Assembly (NCBI RefSeq): GCF_006345805.1 | Contig: NC_043009.1 | Coordinates: 23,498,001 to 23,562,000 of the forward strand | DNA length: 64,000 nt | Direction of reading: 5' to 3' | From: Octopus sinensis | Lineage: Eukaryota | Shown here: piece after piece, positions 39,355 to 51,560 of the stretch | Numbering within the stretch: position 1 is the stretch's first letter | How the letters are laid out: each line of letters begins with the position of its first letter | Notes under the pieces: generated by a model | Database searches by the model: none | What the model was told of the DNA's origin: nothing | Seen by the model: the letters and a program-made list of their open reading frames with translations, nothing else | Made by a program: the position numbers and the translations under genes

Positions 39355-40892
39355 TGTACACTCACACATGCACATGCAAAAGTTGCCAGCTTCAAGTAGG
39401 ACATTGAAAGGGATGTGACTACTTCATCACAAATCTTTAAAACATGAAACGTTTGTCGGGTTTTCACAGATCAGTTTCTCAATAAAGAGTTTAACATGTC
39501 CTCCTCTGTGTGTGTGAAATATGTGTAGCTTCACACGCATGTACAAGTTTATATGAACATGTCTTACATACATTATTATAAATGAATATTCCACCATGTT
39601 ATTACTAATATATGTGTGCATGTGTTATTTACTGTTCCAGTGTTGGTGGGATCAACGAAAAAAATGTACTCCATCCAGTGAGAGATAAATATCATTTAAT
39701 GAACACAGGTTTTAAATCTAAGCTACTATTGGTTTCATGCTGTGGAAAACATGAAAGTCAGACAAGCTTGTATAGCATGCCATGTGTTTCCAAACCATCG
39801 TTAAGACTCAAATATACAATACACACATGTATAAATTTGTTCATTTTGTTTTTACTTTCATTTCCCAATGCTAGCATAGGTTAGATGCATATACATATTC
39901 TTTTCTACTCTAGGCACAAGGCCCGAAATTTTAGGGAAGGGGAGCAGTCGATTAGATCAACCCCAGTATGCAACTGGTACTTAATTTATCGACCCCAAAA
40001 GAATGAAAGGCAAAATCGATGAGTTAATGTCTTACAGATAGATGCCCTTCCTGTTGCTCACCTTTTCTTATTTTTCCAGTGAGGGATCTCTTATTGTAAA
40101 CATATTTAAAAATGTAGAGGCAGCAGATGATTTGTTGATGGGGAAATGGCAACAAACTTCAGTGTCTATAACTCAACAGTTTTACATACCACATATGCAG
40201 GATGTAGAAGTTCTTAATCTCCATATATGCACAAGCACACAAACATACATACATACATACAATCTAGTCTTGTCTAGTCTAGATGTGGTCTGGCCTTGGG
40301 TATGTCCTGTGTAAGTGAACATTCTCCAGCACTCTCTATATGACCTGGGAGGGCACTTAACCCCCCACGCCACCCTGTCTCTGTTAAGTAGATTACTGGA
40401 ACTCTGGCTACAATGACCAGACCTAGGTTGAATACTGGAGTGGTTTCCCTTTGCCTTCTCCGGTTATGTGGGATTTGAACTCAGAAGTTAGAGAACCAGG
40501 AGATTATTGTCTCTACTGACAAAATAACGAGTCTGCAACTCTCTTACCGACAGAGCAATGTGAAATGAAGTGTTTTTGCTCATGAACAAAATGTGCCCCT
40601 CCCCTACCCCAGTCTGGGAACTGAACCCACAATCTCATGATCTCGAGTGCAATACCCTAACCGTGCTTTCACATGCATAATATTCTATGTATACATTCAC
40701 ACACTCACATGGGCTTCACACAGTTTCTATCCACCAAATCTACTAAAAAGACATTGGTTGGCTTGATGCTACAATAGAAGACATATGCTTCAGCAATGTG
40801 CTGTGCAGCAGGACTGAACCTGAAACTATGTGGTTGGGAAGCCAACATTTTAATCACACAGCCATGCCTGCTCCCATGTTTACATATATGTA

Positions 40893-40930
<38 letters not shown>

Positions 40931-41035
40931 TTTTTTCATTTGCCCTTATTTATAAGTTGTTTATAATTTAACCTATAAAGGTATTTTTTAATATGCTGGT
41001 CATTGATAAAATTTTGAAAAAATTTTGTCCTATAT

Positions 41036-41096
<61 letters not shown>

Positions 41097-41829
41097 GGAC
41101 AACTGATGTTCTTTATGTTGCATGTCTTGGTTCTCTCTTTGCTTTTTTTTTTGTTGTTCAAAAAAAAGTTCGTTTTCCATGTTTTTGTTTTTATGTTTTC
41201 GTTTCTCATTGTGTCTACCTTTTTTGATGTCCTGTACCCATATATGCATGTATATATACATATATATGTAGGCATGTACTTATACGTATGTATATATGCA
41301 TATATTCATATATATATATATATATATGTATGTGTTATATTTTCATTTGACGCCGCAATGCATCCCTACATATGAGTGTACTGGAGTATCGCAAAATAAA
41401 GTATCTTGCTCAAGAACACAACACACAGTCCGGTCTGGGAATCGAACTCACTATCTCTTGATTATGAGCTCAATGCTCTAACCACTGAACCATGCGACTT
41501 CACATGTAGAGTTATACATAGAGCGGTTTATCTTTAATCTGAAGAGGGCCAACCAACAGCAAAACTTCGAAGTCACTGTCAGCTCTTTTTCCTTGTACCA
41601 GAGTTCTAATACAATGATTAAAAATATATGAACACACAGTCATATCATATGTATTGTAGTATGGCTGTGAAATTGTGTCTCGTGGTTAGACATATAAATA
41701 CAGCATACATACAGAACTGTAGAGAAATGCATATAAATAAAGGCATATATAGATATATAATACACACACACATAACACAGTTAAATATACATACAAAACA
41801 TATGGCCAAATACACAGATCAACATACAT

Positions 41830-41862
<33 letters not shown>

Positions 41863-41988
41863 CATGCACACACATACATACATGTATTAATACATACAAA
41901 TATGAATTATAAATTCAATTCACTATACTGTCCCTGCTATAGACTAATCAAATAAAAGTATTATCATCAATATGAGTGATAATAATGA

Positions 41989-42022
<34 letters not shown>

Positions 42023-42404
42023 GGTGGTGGTGGTGGTGATGATGATTTCTTTTATTTGCCACAAGGGAGTTGGATGAAGGAGATATTACAAAGACTTCCC
42101 ATCATTTCATCTGCCCAGGATTGCAATAAATAATTGCTTTGCAAAGAAAATAAGCAACATGGCAGACAGAGCATATGTCAGATGAGCATCAGATTTTAAA
42201 ATGCCTTGTGGTATGCACTCAATTATGACTCCTCATTATGCTCCGAGTTCAAATTTGCCTCTTAACCTTCTGGGGTCAATAAAACAAAATCGTACCAGTC
42301 AAGTACCAGAGTGTTAGGTCAAAACCAATTCTATCAAAGACCGATGGAAACATGCTACAGGTAACCATATAATCCAGTAATACCACAAGTGGAGCACTTA
42401 ATCA

Positions 42405-42576
42405 CCTAAGCCCCTTTGTTTCCTATGGAGCATAGGCCACCAACAACCTATCTCCACTCTTCTCGACTATGGGTTGTCATTTCTACTTGGTTCCAGTTGG
42501 AGTCCTGCTTTTTCAACCCTTTTTCAGTATTTCTCCTCAAGATATTTTTAGGGCATTCTCTCTTTCACCTCCCTTG
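42405..42576 (-). mobile_element. RTE (BovB-like) LINE 3' end
   Basis: Translation QGR*KRECPKNILRRNTEKGLKKQDSNWNQVEMTTHSREEWR*VVGGLCS fits the RTE C-terminus. Confidence 0.7.
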
Positions 42577-42850
42577 CTGTCAATAAATAAATACTATAGG
42601 GATCAGTGTGCATTGGCTTGTTCAGGGTCTTTACAGGTCTAGGGGCCCAATTCTGATCTGTTTATGCAGTGGCTTGCTGTCAATAAATAAATAACATAGG
42701 GTCCAGAGTATTAATTTGCCAGGGGTCTTCACTGATGTTGGAGCCCAACTCTGATCTATGTATGTTGTGGCTTGCTATCAATTATTAAATACTACAGGGC
42801 CCAGTGCACTGATTTGCTTGAGGGCTTAGAATGTTGTTAAAATGGTCCTG
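42576..42850. repeat. ~99-bp tandem repeat, about 2.7 units
   Basis: GCTGTCAATAAATAAATA...GGGCCCAA..CTGATCT..GTGGCTT recurs at about 42576, 42676 and 42774. Confidence 0.75.
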
Positions 42851-43465
42851 TAACCATCCCCTAAATTTGAGATTTTGTAATCAATGACTCAAAGAAAAGA
42901 ATGAACATTACATTTTTTTTCATCTAGTTTCAGCTCACGAGCTGTGGCCATGCTGGAGCACTGCCATTAAGAGAAAGTTGTGGCGAAAGAGTCAGCAGAA
43001 GTTCGCCATTACCTTCTGCCGGAACTGCGTGGAGAGTAGGCGTTTCGCTTATAAACACACACACATCGCCCAGTCTGAGATTCGAACCCGCAATCCCTAG
43101 ACCGCAAGTCGACTGCTCTAACCACTAGGCCATGTGGCTCTACATCTTTCAATATTCTTCATTACCTCCATCAATGCAAGAAGGAACTCTTTGTTATCTT
43201 TAGAGCAAAACAAACACGTTAAGATAACTTGAAGTTTTCATTCCATATACACACACTCAAATGAATATATATATATATATATATACAAACACATGCAGCT
43301 ATACATGTATTATGTATGGATATATAGGCATGTGCATACCTGCAGTATTTAAGTGCATATGAAATGCATTGCACTTGAGCAGAATAAATGAATTCTTGAT
43401 AAGAAAATTGAATAAACAATGTTTGAGTAAAGGAAAAGTTATTGTAAATGAGAGAAATATAAGAG

Positions 43466-43830
43466 ATGATGATGTTGGTGATATTGGTGGTGGCGGTGGT
43501 AGTAGCGGCAGTAGTAGTGGTGGTGGTGGCAGTGGTAACAGCGGCAGTAGTAGTGGTGGTGGTGGCAGTGGTAACAGCGGCAGTAGTAGTGGTGGTGGTG
43601 GCAGTGGTAACAGCGGCAGTAGTAGTGGTGGTAGTGGCAGCAGTAGCAATAGTAGTGGTAGTAGTGGGGGTGGCTTTGGTAATGGTGGCAGTAGTGGCAG
43701 TAACAGCAGTTGTAGTGGAGGTGACAGTGGTAACGGTAGCAGTAGTAGCGGTGGTAGTGGTGGAAGTAGTAGTGGTAGCAGTGGCACCAATAGTAGTAGT
43801 GGTGGTGGTGCTAATGGTAGTGTTAGTTTA
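43466..43830. repeat. Compound (GGT/AGT/GGC) repeat with a 36-bp higher-order unit
   Basis: GGTGGTGGTGGCAGTGGTAACAGCGGCAGTAGTAGT repeated three times within a longer degenerate triplet tract. Confidence 0.85.
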
Positions 43831-45544
43831 GTAATTAGTGAGATGGCATGCTCTGTAGTCCTTATGTAATTCGGTGTAGGCGTGGCTGTGTTGTTACGAA
43901 ACTCGCTTTGCAGCCATAAGGTTTCAAGTTCAGTTCCACTGCAAGGCACCTAGGACTCACCAATGCCTTGTGAGTGAATTTTAGTAGGTGGAAACTATGT
44001 AGAAGCCTGTCATATCATTATCATCATCAACATTTAACATCCATTTTCCAAGCTGGTATGGGTATTCATCAAACGTGTGTGTGTGTGTGTGTGAGTGCAT
44101 TTGTCCTCCACTACCACTTGACAACTAGTGTAAGTTTGGTTATATCCCCATAACTTTACAGTTCAGCAAAAGAGACTAAGCGACTAAGATTTGGCATTGA
44201 TTTCCTTGAGTAAAATTTCCATGTCAGTGCTCCAGCATGGCAGCGGTCCAATGACTGAAACAAGTATAGTAAGATATAAGGTACTCATTGGTCTGATTTA
44301 TGATCAAAAATGTTCCATCCATGACCACTCCATTGTTCTTAGGCATCATGTTTCTAGGACTACCATATTTCAATGTAGTCCTTGACTGGACCATTTCAAA
44401 GATGGAAGGTAGGGTGTAAATTTAGGAAACTTTGGCTGCTGTTTCTAGAAGGGTGTACAACCACATACAAGTTCCTTTGCTAGTTCATGTACACCCTGAG
44501 AAAACACATATATGATCAAAGGCGTTCCAAGTATGACCACCCAGTCTTCCATTTTTTTGTGAAAAGGATATTGAGGACTACATTATCCATTGTATGTTCT
44601 CACATTTTAAGATGTCAGGTTATACTTTGAGGGAGATTTGGCTGTGATTTCTAGCAAGTCTAGCAACCAAATAAAAGCATTCTTGGTTTACTGAAGCCAT
44701 TGTTGTTGGTGATGGTGGTGGTGATAGTGAGGGTGGTGGTGGTAGTACAGAGTGTGTTATGTGGTTTTGGCGGAAGCACAGTGGTGCATGATTACATAGT
44801 ATGTAGTAGAGATAATACAATGGCTGTAATAGTAATAGTGGTGGTGCTGTAATAATAGTAGTAGTAACTGTGGTGGTGGTGGTGGTGGTAGTAGTAGCAT
44901 TGGGAGCATGCAGTGAGGGTGAAGACAAGTATGCAGTGCAGTAGGTAACAGCAAATGCGGTTGTGGTGTTGGTGTTGGCAGTGGTTGTGGTGTCTGGGGA
45001 AAGTGTGTGTTGGGAGGCAGGTAGTATATGATAGATGATTAAATGAAGAATCTTGGCAAGACAGTAATAAAGCTATGTGTGTGTGTGTGGTGTTTGTAGT
45101 ATGTCTGCGTGTGAGTGTATTATTACATCATCTTGACATTTTACTAACATGTTCAGTTGAAAAGAATAACAAGAGAACTTTTATAAAACCAAATAACCTC
45201 TTTCTTTTCTCGTGTGTGTGTGTGTGTACGTATGTATGCATGTGCGTATGTGTGCTTTCTTAATTTGAACAATGCGGTGTATATAAGAAATAATCAAAGT
45301 CAATGGATTGTATTCATACCTTGTATTTCAATATTTTGGGGCTAAGAACCTTCATCAGGAAATCTTTGGAGATACGTTGCTGTGAGCTGAATTTTCTGTT
45401 CTCAAGCATATGTATACACCCCAAAATATTGAAGGTCAAGATATAAAGTACAAATCACTGGCTTGTATTATTTCTTATAGCTTGCATCGTTTTCGTTAAA
45501 AAAGAAAACAAATTAAAAACACTTATCTGACTCAGATAGAACTT

Positions 45545-45960
45545 CATGTAAACAGTATAAATGATGTTGGCATTGACGTTAAAATTCACCCAAGGCTTGG
45601 TTCCCGTGCCATCTGGCCTCTACAAAAATCATTCTCGCATCATATCACAAAACTAAGACAGAACTATTTCACCTCAACTGGCCCTGCTCTCTTTAACATC
45701 TTGCCAAGACGCATAAGGGAAGAAAAAAATCTTCATGAATTTTTTTACAAACTGTTCCTTGACAAATACCTCTAACAAATTCCAGATAAACCACTCACAC
45801 TTGGACATATTCTCTGCAAATGATAACTCTTTACTCAAATGGGCAGTGGTGCTCAAAGAATGACTGTAATATGAAACATCATTAAATGTCTACCTGGGGT
45901 GGGTGGGTGGGGGTCGTCTATTAAGTTAGTTATGACCTAGGCCAATTCTGGCCAAAACTT
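45545..45960 (+). mobile_element. Degraded LINE (CR1/L2 group) 3' end
   Basis: Translation NDVGIDVKIHPRLG...TKLRQNYFTSTGPALFNILPRRIREEK...LFLDKYL*QIPDKP resembles the C-terminus of CR1-group ORF2. Confidence 0.65.
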
Positions 45961-45966
45961 TTCTAA

Positions 45967-45998
<32 letters not shown>

Positions 45999-46005
45999 AT
46001 GCGTG

Positions 46006-46039
<34 letters not shown>

Positions 46040-46195
46040 TACAACGGGCTTCTTTCAGTTTCCGTCTACCAAATCCACTCACAAGGCTTTGGTCGGCCCA
46101 AGGTGTAATGCAGTGGGACTGAACCTGGAACCATGTGGTTGGTAAGCAAGCTACTTACCACACAGCCACTCCTATATCTATATATATATTTATAT

Positions 46196-46438
46196 ATAAC
46201 CTCTACAACAGCTAGAGATAGTTACCAAATGGCACTAAGAACCACCTTATTAAGAACCAAAAGCAAATGAAAAATAATAATAAGTACAGCTTTCCAGTTA
46301 ATTGTGTATTGTGTGTGTATTAACTGGAAAGTTGTATTTATTCGTTTTCATTTGTTCGTTTACAACCTGAGCTGTAGGAGAAATAAGGTGGTTCTTCATG
46401 CCATTTGACATCTGTCTCTGGTGTGTTAGAGAGGTTAT
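46196..46438. repeat. Imperfect palindrome (foldback element)
   Basis: Nested inverted pairs ATAACCTCT/AGAGGTTAT, AAGAACCACCTTAT/ATAAGGTGGTTCTT and TTTCCAGTTAA/TTAACTGGAAA around a short TG-rich loop. Confidence 0.8.
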
Positions 46439-47320
46439 TCCGATCCCTTTAAAATAATTAAGTATATAATTATAAATTTAGTATATAAAAATTACCTATG
46501 TGGTTTTTATTTCCTGCTGGGCCAGTCAATAAATCATTAAAATGATCTTATCCTTAATTTCAGAAAGAATATATATTTATATTTACACACACACACATTT
46601 ATATGCATACATACATACATGCAAATATATATATATCAGGGCCGTGTGGTGATCTTTCTGGCTGGGGAAGCAATGACCAAAATTTTCTGTTACATAGATA
46701 TTTGAATCAAATTGACGTGTTTATATTATACAGCTGTTTTTAAAATTTTTTAAAAATCACATTTTATATTAAGGGTATTCTGTAATTTGAAAAAGTATAA
46801 AATAGTTTGAATAAACGCAGAAAACTACATTTTCTCTGATGGAAGCAGAACATCAACTTGCTTCACTTTTCCTATGTGTTACATAACATTGTAACATTAT
46901 ATATATCATAGGTATTGCAAATTGACAGAAACGCTTAATCTAAGCGTATAAATATTTATTAGCATCTAAAATATTACACCAAAAAGGATGCAACAGCTCG
47001 TGTTGTTTCCATTGCAACGGTTTTTTTGTGTCATCTGCCATGGCTTGTCATCTGAAGCTAAATGTGACAATAAAAGCCTGAAGCCTATGATGTCATGCAG
47101 TTTATATTAATTTTACAGAACATTAGAAGAACGATCTTATGAAAAATGAGTAATATAGCTTCAATTTTGTATCTATAATTTTTAAGGGAAACATTGCTTC
47201 ACTTGTTTCCAGGGGCCGCAAGTTCAGCAAAATTTAGATTCAAATGAATATGGTACTTAAGTCAAAGGCACCAGAATTTTGTATATGGTATTATCCATAT
47301 AAATCTATGGGGTGATTACA

Positions 47321-47508
47321 ATCAAGATAAGCAACAAGTATATCCGATGTAATGTTGTACAAGCGTTTCATGCTACTTCATTTTATTAAACACTTTAAGT
47401 ATTACATCAGTTTTAAAACAGATGTAATACTAACAGTGTTTAATAAAATGAAGTAGCATGAAATGATTGTACCACATTACCTCGGATATACTTGTTGCTT
47501 ATTTTGAT
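47321..47508. repeat. 188-bp loopless palindrome
   Basis: 94-bp arms centred on GTTTT|AAAAC (47414/47415). 86/94 positions complementary, no indels. Confidence 0.95.
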
Positions 47509-47935
47509 ATATATATATATATATAAACACACACATATAATGTATGGTTAAAAAGTTTGCTCTGCAATTACATGGTTTGGGGTTCAGTCCCAATGTGCTG
47601 CACTTTGGGTGTCCCCTACTAAACCCATGAATTGATGAAAACCTTGTGAGCGGATTTCGTAAATGGAAACTGAAAGAAACCCAACATATGCACATATACA
47701 TGTGTGTGTGCATGAGAGAGAGAGAGAGAGAAAGTGTGTGTGTGTGTGTGTGTGAGAGAGAGAATGTGTGTATGTGTATGAAAGAGAGAGAGTGTGTGTG
47801 TTTGTGTGTGTGCGTTAGTGACAGATACACACAGGAAGAAAACAATTGAGACAGACAGGTAAATAGTGAGAGAAAGAAAGAGAGAGACAGATATGTGAAA
47901 TGAAACCAGACGCAATTCAGAGAAAATAACTTTAA

Positions 47936-48330
47936 CCCTTTAGCATTTAATCTGGTCATATCTGGCCCAAATATTCTTCTTGTTTTAAGCTCAACAAGCC
48001 TGATCTGGTCTCTCACACATACCCTACAATGTCATTCTAAAAATAAACAATCACATCATCAAAATCTCAAAGCTAGAAGATAATGCATGATTAAATTGCA
48101 AACAATAACAATAAATAAACGTTACATTTGATAATCTGGCAAAAATGTTCTTTCTGATTTATGTTAAAACTATCCAGATCCAACCTTTCGCAACAACCCT
48201 ACAATGTCATTCTAAAAATAAACAATCACACCATCAGAGTCTGATGCTTCAGGATAATGCCTGATTAATTTGCAATCAACGTAAATAAATAAGCATTGCT
48301 TTTGCTGGAGTAATCTGAATGCTAAAAGGG
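47936..48330. mobile_element. piggyBac-like MITE with internal duplication
   Basis: TTAA at 47932-47935 and 48331-48334. TIR CCCTTT(T)AGCATT. Internal block ACCCTACAATGTCATTCTAAAAATAAACAATCACA is present twice. Confidence 0.85.
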
Positions 48331-50375
48331 TTAAGAGGAAAACAAAAATAAAATAATAAAAGGAAGAGTGAATGAAAAAGAGCAGATGTGTTTATAGTGT
48401 CTTAAATGTTGCCCCCAAGCAACAACAACAACACCTATGTTTAGGTAACATCTGTTTAGATGTTGTTGTTGTTGGATAGCCCCAGGTCAGCTCAGATTGA
48501 GGAAGCACATAATGAAAAGGATTCCAGCTGTGGCCATCCTGCCACATTTTAAAAATATCTAGGATTACACACACATACACATGCACATACACACATATAC
48601 ACACAGAATTCAGAATTGTACAAAAAAAGAACAAAAAAAAACAAAAGACAGAGACAGGTGAGAGAACAACAAACAAGGTATATTAATCCTACACTCAGGA
48701 AAAATGGAGGAATGTTGGAGGTTTGGAGCCTATGATGTATATAGGATTGCACCTAGAAAGTTACCCTCTGAGGCACAAGTCTGGGCAAGGTTGTTTATGG
48801 AAGACCAGCTGTCGCCCATGCATACCAGCCTCCCCTCTCCATGTCACCAGTGTTATCCAAGGGAAAGGAAAAGGCCGATACAGTTTGGCACATGTGATGC
48901 CGGGGGCTCATTTATTAACGTGCAAGTGGTCGAACATTTCACAGACACGTGTACCTTTAACATAGTTCTTGGGGAGATTCAGTGTGGAAAGGCTGGCCCT
49001 TTGAAATACAGGTACAACAGAAACAAGAAGAAAGAGTGAGAGAAAGTTGTGGTGAAAGAGTACAGCAGGGTTCACCACCACCTCCAGCTGGAGCCTCATG
49101 GAGCTTTAGGTGTTTTGCTCAATAAACACTCACAATGCCCAGTCTGGGAATTGAAAACCGAGATCCTACAATCGTGAGTCTGCTGCCATAACCACTGGGC
49201 CATTGCGCCTCCAGTTATATATATGTGTGTGTGTGTGTGTGTATAAACACATACATATAGCTATATACACATCTATATATATATACATACACACTCATAT
49301 ATGTGTGTGTATTCTTTTACTTTAGTCATTTGGCTGTGGCTTTGCTGGAGCACCACCTTAAAGGATTTTAGTCGAACAGGGCTTATTTTTTTTATTTAAA
49401 CCCTAGTACTTATTCTATCAGTCTCTTTTGTCGAAACCGCTAAGTTACTGGGACATAAACACATGTACACAGTGGGACTGTACTTGGAACCATGTGGTTG
49501 GAAAGCAAGCTTTTTAACCACACAGCCACACCTCTGCCTATGTATGTTGTATGTATATATATATATACATAGTTTACATACAAGCATAGGAGTGGCTGTG
49601 TGGTAAGTAACTTGTTTACAAACCATATAGTTCTGGGTTCTGGGCAAGTGTCTTCTACTATAGCCTCGGGTTAACCAAAGCCTTGTGAGTGGATTTGGTA
49701 GATGGAAACTGAAAGAAGCCCGTCGTATATATGTATATATGTATGTGTGTGTGTATATGTTTGTGTGTCTGTGTTTGTCCCGTCAACATCGCTTGACAAC
49801 CGATGCTGGTGTGTTTACGTCACTATAACTTAGTGGTCCGGCAAAAGAGACCGACAGAATAAGTACTAGGCTTACAAAGAATAAGTCCTGGGGTTGATTT
49901 GCTCAACTAAAGGCGGTGCTACAGCATGGCCACAGTCAAATGACTGAAACAAGTAAAAGTGTATATATATATATATATATTTAAACATATACATACATAC
50001 AAAATGTATAGACATGCACACCAAATGAATACTCCCTTGTCTCACTCTTTTGTGACAATACTTCTAACAAGAATATACAAGCATTCCATTTAAATTCTCA
50101 AAACCATCAAGAACAATGAGAAGATTAGTGAAATAACTCACAACTTACTTATACAAGATAAATATTTGTCAATGTGAATTTACTATCTGTCATGTGATTA
50201 TGAGACTTCAGTCTAAGATCTGTAATTAACATTTTAACAGTTTAATAGAGTCAGTCTTAGGCAGGTTGATTTTGGGATCCTGAAAAGGTGGCAGTGTGAG
50301 TGAGACAGAACTGGCTGTTATATTCAGCAGGTCAAACACCTGTATAAAAGTTTCTTAATTGGTTTGACAGCTGTG

Positions 50376-50840
50376 TGTAATTATAGCTACAGTCACCTTA
50401 ATTTGAAGGATATGTAGATGATAAATCTTTGCTGTTTTATGGCCCCTAAAAGGCATGTAATTATAGTTATTTCACCTTAGTTTGAAGAATATGTAGATGA
50501 TAGATCCCTGCTGTTTTACGACCTCTAAATGGCTTGTAATTACAGGTACTTCACCTTAGTTTGAAGGCTAGTTAGATGATAGATCCTTGCAGTTTTATGA
50601 CCCCTAAACCTGTTGTAATTATAGTTATTTCACCTTAGCTTGATAGCTGGTTAGATGATAGATCCCTGCTGTTTTATGACCTCTAAATAGCTTGTAATTA
50701 TAGGTATCACACTTTATTTTGAAGGCTGGTTAGATGATAGATCCTTGCAGTTTTATGACTCCTAAAGGGCTTGTAATTATAGCTTGAAGGATGGTTTGAT
50801 GATAGCTCTCTGCTGCTTTATGACCCCTTACATTTGTAGT
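50376..50840. repeat. 79-bp minisatellite, about 6 units
   Basis: TGTAATTA...CACCTTAG.TTGAAG...TAGATGATAGATCC..GC.GTTTTATGAC..CTAAA units start at 50376, 50456, 50535, 50614, 50693 and 50772. Confidence 0.92.
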
Positions 50841-50859
50841 AATTTTATGACATATCTCA

Positions 50860-51110
50860 TGAGACATTTCGTAACACTTAAGGGACACCAGATGATGACA
50901 AGGAGACACCTGCTGATGAGGAGACAGACACCTGTTGGTGCCAACAAGTCACCTGATAAAAATTACGAAATATTTAATGATGACAACAAAGAGACACTAG
51001 ATGATGTTAAGGACACACCTGATGGGGATAAGAAGACACCTGATGAAGATTATGAGACACCTGATAACTATTATGAAACATTTGATGACAAAAGACACCT
51101 GATGACAATA
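50860..51110. repeat. Degenerate ~21-bp tandem repeat (GAGACACCTGATGATGACAAG-like)
   Basis: About 11 units with a recurring GACACCTGAT core. Confidence 0.75.
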
Positions 51111-51410
51111 ATCACACACATAACAATCAAAACTCAAACTGATAGAATATCAATATTGCAAAAGCAAAAAAAAAAAAAGCAAGGTTTTTCATTTCCAATC
51201 CTTTGAGATTAATAATTTGAAAAATGTTAATCTCATTAATAACTTATCATAGACATTTCGAAGGCTCGTTTGTGTGAATTAATCCACTTTGATATATTAT
51301 CGATTAATTAATTAACTGTTCAGTTTATTGTTTTTTTCTCTCCTCCTTTTAAATATTGTTTTAATGTTACATTCAATGAAAAGAGCAGTCAATACACTCA
51401 TGGCTTCTGC

Positions 51411-51529
51411 CAATAATAATAATAATAAAAATAATAATAATAAAAATAATAATAATAACAATAATAATAATAATAACAATAAAAATAAAAATAATAATAA
51501 CAATAACAATAACAATAATAATAATAATA

Positions 51530-51557
<28 letters not shown>
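51411..51557. repeat. (AAT)n microsatellite, target tract of the adjacent LINE
   Basis: About 147 bp of interrupted AAT repeats abutting the element's 5' end. Confidence 0.95.

Positions 51558-51560
<3 letters not shown>

Noticed and set aside
43299-43949. Gly/Ser-rich and Pro/Leu-rich ORFs (166 and 216 aa)
   Set aside because: Produced by GGT/AGT triplet repeats that are open in several frames. No splice signals or domain identified.
50376-50840. CRISPR array or tandem snoRNA cluster
   Set aside because: Whole units are homologous, so there are no spacers, and I see no proper RTGATGA/CTGA box pairs.
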